A stretch of 64,000 nucleotides of DNA from the NCBI GenBank assembly GCA_945901065.1, contig CAMDKI010000003.1, positions 369,640-433,639 on the forward strand, written 5' to 3'. Below the pieces are notes generated by a model. That model saw only the letters and a program-made list of their open reading frames with translations. It was not told the origin of the DNA and did not search any database. This document shows positions 59,080 to 64,000 of the stretch, in pieces. The position numbers and the translations under genes are program-made. Source of the DNA: Chitinophaga pinensis (lineage in GTDB: Bacteria > Bacteroidota > Bacteroidia > Chitinophagales > CAIOSU01). Each line of letters starts with the position of its first letter. Within the stretch, counting starts at the first letter, position 1.

Positions 59080-60945
59080 TTAAGCCGCTGGAGCCGCTTC
59101 TTTTTGCTTGGCTATCCATTTGTCAATGTTCTCTTCCAAGATGTTCAAAGGCAATGAGCCGTGGCGCAGCACCTCATCGTGAAACGAGTGAATATCAAAC
59201 TTATCGCCCAACGCAGTGCGCGAGCGTTTCAGCAATTCCAAAATTTTCAGTTGGCCCACTTTGTATGCCGTAGCTTGACCAGGCATTACTATGTGACGCT
59301 CCACCATGCCCACGCATTCGCCCATTGGGCTAGGGGTGTTATCAGCATAAAACTGAATGCCCTCTTCGCGGGTCCAGCGTTTCCAGTGTATACCTACGTC
59401 AACCACCAAACGGCAAGCGCGCCATAGTTCCATGCTCAAACGGCCAAAATCGGAATAAGGGTTTTTATAGAAACCGAACTCTTTAGGTATGTACTCAGAA
59501 TACAAACCCCAACCCTCAACGTATGCGGTATAGTCGCCACCCAAGGTGCGGAACTTAGGCAGGCCTTGTAGTTCTTGGTTAATGCTTATTTGCATGTGGT
59601 GGCCCGGTATGGCTTCGTGGTATGCCAAGGCTTCCATTTCGTATACTGGCATGTTCTTCATTTCGTACAGGTTTACGTAGTACGTGCCAGGGCGCGAGCC
59701 ATCGGGTGCTGGGCTTTCGTAAAACGCCGTGCCCGCCGATTCTTCACGGAACGGCTCAACTTGTTTTACCACCAACTCAGCTTTAGGCATAATACCAAAC
59801 AGCTTGGGTAAGGTAGCCTTCATTGAATCAATCAAAGCAAGGGTTTCGTCAAGATATTGTTTCTTGCCTTCTGGCGTATTGGCATAGAAAAACTGCTTAT
59901 CGGTTTTCATAAACTCAAAAAACGCTTTTAGGCTGTCGCTTTTGAAGTTTACCTGCGTCATTATGTTGCGCATTTCGCCGTGTATGCGGACAATTTCGGC
60001 TTCGCCAATGGCCATAATCTCGTCGGGAGTAAGTTTAGTGGTAGTGTTGTTGGCCAAGGCCACTTCGTAGTAGCTATCGCCATTCGGAAATTTCCAAACA
60101 CCAGCATCGTTGGTGGCCTTTTTCTCCAATTCGGTCAGGTAGGCTATAATATTGTCGTAGGCAGGCTTAAAGTGCTCCAAAAGCGCCAAACGAGCCTCTT
60201 CAACCAAAGCAGCTTTGGCAGCGGCATCAACGGTTGAATCAAGACCCGCAATTTTGCCTTTAATATCGGCAAACAGCGGCGAGTCGTTTTTAGATTTATC
60301 GAACGGCGTGCCAGTAATCAAGTTTTGGCAATCCTTCAATACTGCGGGGAACAAGAACTTAGGCAGAATTATCTCTTTTGCTTCGCGCACTTTCATACCT
60401 GCTACTACTTGTGCCATGGCAACATCAATCTTTTGCAAGCGAGCAATGTAGTCCTTGGCATCTTGCACATTGCCTACTTGGTGTATGTTCATCAAAAACG
60501 AAGGCAACCACGTATGTATGCCGTTCATTTGGTCAATTGGGTAACCATGCATACGGAAATCGAAATTCTTGATTTCGTCTTCCGCATCGGCTACCCACAT
60601 GCGGTAGCTGGTTTGGGTTATTTCGTTGAGCTTATTAAAGTCGAAACTATCTTTGAGGAAGGCTAGGTTTTGCTTCAAAATTGCAATTTCTACCAACTGC
60701 ATCGAGTCAGAAAAATCGCCCCATTGGTTGGCGGTAGAGTCTTTAATGCCTAGGTAAGCCTTCCAAACCGGGTAGCGGCTTACTTGATCGTCCCACACGG
60801 CATCAAACCAAGTGTTCAATCGCGCGCTTTCGGCTTCAATTTCTTCGGCGGTAGGGCCTTTTGGGGCATCAGGGGTGTTGTTGCAGGCCGTGGTAAGCAG
60901 CAAGGCTATGGCAAGCATGGGCAAAAGCAGTCGGATAATGCGCAT
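59080..60945 (-). CDS. DUF885 family lipoprotein
   Basis: Lipobox TTAC; YHEAIPGHHMQ, AYVEGWGLYSE, RLVVDVGIH and PGQATAYKVG motifs. Confidence 0.92.
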   Translation of the reverse strand: MRIIRLLLPMLAIALLLTTACNNTPDAPKGPTAEEIEAESARLNTWFDAVWDDQVSRYPVWKAYLGIKDSTANQWGDFSDSMQLVEIAILKQNLAFLKDSFDFNKLNEITQTSYRMWVADAEDEIKNFDFRMHGYPIDQMNGIHTWLPSFLMNIHQVGNVQDAKDYIARLQKIDVAMAQVVAGMKVREAKEIILPKFLFPAVLKDCQNLITGTPFDKSKNDSPLFADIKGKIAGLDSTVDAAAKAALVEEARLALLEHFKPAYDNIIAYLTELEKKATNDAGVWKFPNGDSYYEVALANNTTTKLTPDEIMAIGEAEIVRIHGEMRNIMTQVNFKSDSLKAFFEFMKTDKQFFYANTPEGKKQYLDETLALIDSMKATLPKLFGIMPKAELVVKQVEPFREESAGTAFYESPAPDGSRPGTYYVNLYEMKNMPVYEMEALAYHEAIPGHHMQISINQELQGLPKFRTLGGDYTAYVEGWGLYSEYIPKEFGFYKNPYSDFGRLSMELWRACRLVVDVGIHWKRWTREEGIQFYADNTPSPMGECVGMVERHIVMPGQATAYKVGQLKILELLKRSRTALGDKFDIHSFHDEVLRHGSLPLNILEENIDKWIAKQKEAAPAA

Positions 60946-61012
60946 GTAGGTTTATTTTGCTGCAAAGGTGAGCAAATTATTCCAATAGACATTGGCTTTC
61001 AAATTAGACTAA

Positions 61013-61486
61013 TCACCCCAACACCTCTTTCCACCGCCCATTTTCCGCAAACTCTTTAACTACCACATTGCGTTTTACGAGCAGCTGGGTCATGTATTGC
61101 TCCAAGAAAAGCACATCCGCTAGCTTACCCAACGGCCCCAATGGTGAGGTATAATTAAATGTATCCGTCATGGTAGTGATGCCATCGGCTTCTTGAAAAC
61201 GGTGTTCGTGCCAAAACGATTTAAAAGCCCCTTGCACCATTTCATCTACAAAAAAATCGGGCCGCTGCATGGCCGTTACTTTAGAGGTTAATGTTTGGTA
61301 AACCCCAAAGTGCTTGGCGCGCCAAGTAACGCTTTCGCCCAAATTTATCAACCCTGAGGTAGTGCCCGCAATAGCCTCTTCGTTGGTATGTGCCGTTGAT
61401 ATTTTATGCAAATCAATGCTCCTCGACAAATCGAAACAGATATCGGCAGGGGCATTGATGGTAGTTTTGAGGAGGATTGTGGGCAT
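61013..61486 (-). CDS. SRPBCC family protein
   Basis: FDLSRSIDLH, VTWRAKHFG, FVDEMVQGAFKSFWHEH and SPLGPLG motifs. Confidence 0.88.
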   Translation of the reverse strand: MPTILLKTTINAPADICFDLSRSIDLHKISTAHTNEEAIAGTTSGLINLGESVTWRAKHFGVYQTLTSKVTAMQRPDFFVDEMVQGAFKSFWHEHRFQEADGITTMTDTFNYTSPLGPLGKLADVLFLEQYMTQLLVKRNVVVKEFAENGRWKEVLG

Positions 61487-61511
61487 GTTGCAAATATAGC
61501 CGCTGAATTGT

Positions 61512-61617
61512 TAGAACCATGATTGGGAAAAGGATTTATAGATTTGAAAAGGATTTTTTACATATTATGTAAGAAATCCTTTTCGAATCAGGGAAATCAA
61601 GTAAAATCAAGGTTCTA
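61512..61617. repeat. ~105-bp palindromic MITE-like element, copy 2
   Basis: Terminal IR tagaaccatgatt / aatcaaggttcta (12/13); central gaaaaggatttttt-acatattatgt-aagaaatccttttc. Confidence 0.75.
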
Positions 61618-61625
61618 CCCTACGC

Positions 61626-62903
61626 TCACCCAATCACCTCAAAGCCCGTGTAGCTGTGTAATACCTTGGGCAGCAGCACAGTGCCTTCTGCTGTTTGGTT
61701 GTTCTCTAGCAGGGCCGCCACAATGCGGGGCAAGGCCAGGGCGCTACCGTTTAGGGTGTGCACCAGTTGGGTCTTTTTGTCCTCGTTGCCTTTGTAGCGT
61801 ATTTTCATACGGTTACTCTGGAAGGTCTCGAAGTTGCTAACTGAGCTAACCTCCAACCAACGTTGTTGGGCCGCGCTATACACCTCAAAATCGTAGGTAA
61901 GGGCAGAGCTAAAGCTCATATCGCCGCCACACAGGCGCAATATGCGGTAGGGTAGCTCTAGCTTTTGCAAAATGCGCTCTACGTGGCTCACCATACCCTC
62001 TAGGGTTTCGTAAGATTTCTCTGGCGTTTGGAACTGTACAATCTCCACCTTCTCAAACTGGTGCACGCGGTTTAGGCCACGCACATCTTTACCATAGCTA
62101 CCCGCCTCCCTGCGGAAACAAGGAGAGTAGGCGCAATAGCGTATCGGCAAATCGCCCTCCGCCAAAATATCGTCGCGGTGAATGTTGGTTACCGGTACCT
62201 CGGCGGTAGGTATCAGGTAGTAGTTGTCTTCGGTGGCATGGTACATTTGGCCCTCTTTGTCGGGCAATTGGCCCGTACCGAAGGCGGTATCGGTGTTCAC
62301 CATCAAAGGCGGGTTCACTTCCTTGTATCCGGCAGCTATGGCCTCATCCAAAAAGAAATTGACCAAAGCCCGTTGCAAGCGAGCACCTTTGCCCAAATAA
62401 ACCGGGAAACCAGCCCCTGTAATTTTGGTACCCAAAGCCAAATCAACAATACCGAATTGCTCTAGCAACTCCCAATGCGGCTTGGCGGTGCTGGCCATAG
62501 TGGGTATGGTGCCTACTTGTTTCACCACTTCGTTTTCTTCGGGGGTTTTGCCCGCTGGCACGCTGCTGTGCGGTAGGTTGGGCAAGGTAACCAATAGCTC
62601 ATATTGCTCCAATTCCAACGCTTCCAACTGCTCTTGCAACTCGCGGCTTTGTTCTTTAAGCAATGGTGCTTTACCCTTAAGGGCATCGGCCTCGTCGCGT
62701 TTGCCTTGGGCAAACAGTTGGCCTATTTCTTTGGCTATGGAGTTTTGCTGGCTCAATAATTCATCGAGGTCGAATTTCACCTTGCGGCGTTTCTCGTCAA
62801 TGGTAATTATCTGGTCTACTTTATCGGTATCCTTAAAGTTCTTTTTCTGTAGTCCCGCCACTACTGCGTCGCGGTTTTGGGCTATATAGGCTGCCTGTAA
62901 CAT
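61626..62903 (-). CDS. serS: Serine--tRNA ligase
   Basis: GTGQLP, LIPTAEVP, FRREAGSYG, HQFEKVE and HTLNGSALA motifs; start at 62903 (MLQAAYI) lies downstream of the promoter. Confidence 0.97.
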   Translation of the reverse strand: MLQAAYIAQNRDAVVAGLQKKNFKDTDKVDQIITIDEKRRKVKFDLDELLSQQNSIAKEIGQLFAQGKRDEADALKGKAPLLKEQSRELQEQLEALELEQYELLVTLPNLPHSSVPAGKTPEENEVVKQVGTIPTMASTAKPHWELLEQFGIVDLALGTKITGAGFPVYLGKGARLQRALVNFFLDEAIAAGYKEVNPPLMVNTDTAFGTGQLPDKEGQMYHATEDNYYLIPTAEVPVTNIHRDDILAEGDLPIRYCAYSPCFRREAGSYGKDVRGLNRVHQFEKVEIVQFQTPEKSYETLEGMVSHVERILQKLELPYRILRLCGGDMSFSSALTYDFEVYSAAQQRWLEVSSVSNFETFQSNRMKIRYKGNEDKKTQLVHTLNGSALALPRIVAALLENNQTAEGTVLLPKVLHSYTGFEVIG

Positions 62904-62923
62904 GCTAATGGGTGTTTGTGAGC

Positions 62924-62931
62924 CAAAGATA
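62924..62931 (-). promoter_or_regulatory. -7 promoter element for serS
   Basis: TATCTTTG on the minus strand. Confidence 0.7.
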
Positions 62932-63051
62932 GGAAGAACGGGCCGAATTTGGTTACGGGGTTTTGGCAGCGGGTATTGTTGTGGCATTTGTTCGGGTTGA
63001 ACCTGAAGCACCTAAATAGTCAAACGTTTTTAGGGCGAACGTGCAATTCTG

Positions 63052-63059
63052 TATCTTTG
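63052..63059 (+). promoter_or_regulatory. -7 promoter element for tadA
   Basis: TATCTTTG. Confidence 0.7.
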
Positions 63060-63076
63060 CCTCAGGTACCTGCAAC

Positions 63077-63532
63077 ATGATTATAAACGTACACCAGCAT
63101 TTTATGGAGTTGGCCCTCAAGGAGGCCAAGCAAGCACAAGCCGAAGACGAAGTGCCTATTGGGGCAGTAGTGGTGTCTCATAGCCGCGTTATAGCTAAGG
63201 CTTACAACCAAGTAGAGCGATTGAAAGACCCGACCGCACACGCCGAAATGCTGGCTATTACTTCGGCTACCAATGTTTTAGGCAGCAAATACCTCACCGA
63301 TTGTGCCATATACGTTACCATTGAGCCTTGTATGATGTGCGCCACGGCGCTGTTTTGGTCAAAAATCGGCGCAGTGTATTATGCCGCTGGCGACAACCGA
63401 TATGGCTTTACGCATTTTGATAGGCACATTTTCAATGATACTACCCACGTAGAAAAGGGCCTCTTGGAGCACGATTGTGGACAGCTGATGAAAGACTTCT
63501 TTAAGAAAAAACGGGAGCTAGATAAGTTATAG
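63077..63532 (+). CDS. tadA: tRNA adenosine(34) deaminase
   Basis: EVPIGAVVV, DPTAHAE and TIEPCMMC motifs. Confidence 0.88.
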   Translation: MIINVHQHFMELALKEAKQAQAEDEVPIGAVVVSHSRVIAKAYNQVERLKDPTAHAEMLAITSATNVLGSKYLTDCAIYVTIEPCMMCATALFWSKIGAVYYAAGDNRYGFTHFDRHIFNDTTHVEKGLLEHDCGQLMKDFFKKKRELDKL

Positions 63533-63591
63533 CATATTGGGGCTATGTGTTTTGACAATAGTGTTTTTGTCATCATTATAGCTATTCGCTG

Positions 63592-63630
63592 CCATTTCTT
63601 TTCGTTTCTTATCTCTCATTTCTTATTTCC
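63592..63630 (+). repeat. Degenerate YATTTCT heptamer arm upstream of the transporter gene
   Basis: catttct...cgtttct tatctct catttct tatttcc. Confidence 0.5.
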
Positions 63631-63712
63631 TCTTTGTTTTACCCTTGCGTCTGTAAAGAAAAACGTTAGTTTAGCAGAACATTACCCCAATGCCAACAAA
63701 CTGCTACCTTTC

Positions 63713-64000
63713 ATGAGTAAATCACTAAGTAACGACAATCAAGCCTGGGGAAGCCGGGTGGGACTAGTATTGGCCATGGCAGGCAATGCCGTGGGGCTTG
63801 GCAATTTCCTGCGTTTTCCGGTTCAGGCGGTGCAAAACGGAGGCGGTGCCTTTATGATTCCTTATTTGGTGTGTTTCCTGTTAATGGGTGTTCCGCTATT
63901 ATGGATTGAGTGGAGCATGGGCCGTTTTGGCGGTCGCTTGGGGCACCACAGCACCCCGTTTATTCTCGACTCGATAGTAAAACGCTCCTTCTGGAAGTAC
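63713..64000 (+). CDS. Sodium-dependent transporter (SNF/NSS family), runs off the window
   Basis: Manual translation: [40 protein letters not shown]...EWSMGR. Confidence 0.9.
   Translation, partial: MSKSLSNDNQAWGSRVGLVLAMAGNAVGLGNFLRFPVQAVQNGGGAFMIPYLVCFLLMGVPLLWIEWSMGRFGGRLGHHSTPFILDSIVKRSFWKY

Noticed and set aside
61013-61640. Similar 3' ends of serS (gaggtgattgggtga) and the SRPBCC gene (gaggtgttggggtga) as another gene-end duplication
   Set aside because: Only 13/15 nt match, which is compatible with chance.
62904-63076. N-terminal extensions of serS and tadA given by the ORF track (also aguB 52265-52336 and porP 5365-5394)
   Set aside because: The serS, tadA and aguB extensions run through predicted promoters; downstream ATGs match the expected family N-termini.

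Overview
Chromosomal segment of a Bacteroidota bacterium, judged from type IX secretion (T9SS) genes, TAnnTTTG -7 promoters and Bacteroidetes-type purF/metK/lysS. No rRNA, tRNA, CRISPR array or intact transposase was seen. Housekeeping genes include bshA, a cystathionine gamma-lyase/synthase, recR, purF, katG, aguAB, msrA, lysS, metK, serS and tadA, plus a kduD-kduI-kdgK-eda-exuT hexuronate cluster. Between them lie: (i) a PorP/SprF gene followed by two paralogous SprB-repeat adhesins (1.4k and 3.5k aa), the larger with a polyglycine-rich insert; (ii) a secreted-protein cluster with a collagen-like protein, a cytochrome c plus PHM-type copper monooxygenase fusion and a dockerin/cohesin-like protein; (iii) a 4-gene island of lipoprotein, Cys-rich EGF-like lipoprotein, ICMT-like methyltransferase and DsbA; (iv) small cassette-like genes: an OYE flanked by a duplicated gene end, a PIN toxin-antitoxin pair and a nonsense-interrupted Bro-N gene. 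The intergenic DNA carries polarised 7-bp tandem-repeat arms, typically just after stop codons with the complementary form just before start codons, as well as ~100-bp palindromic elements and REP-like hairpins. Annotations are from motif recognition only; no searches were run.
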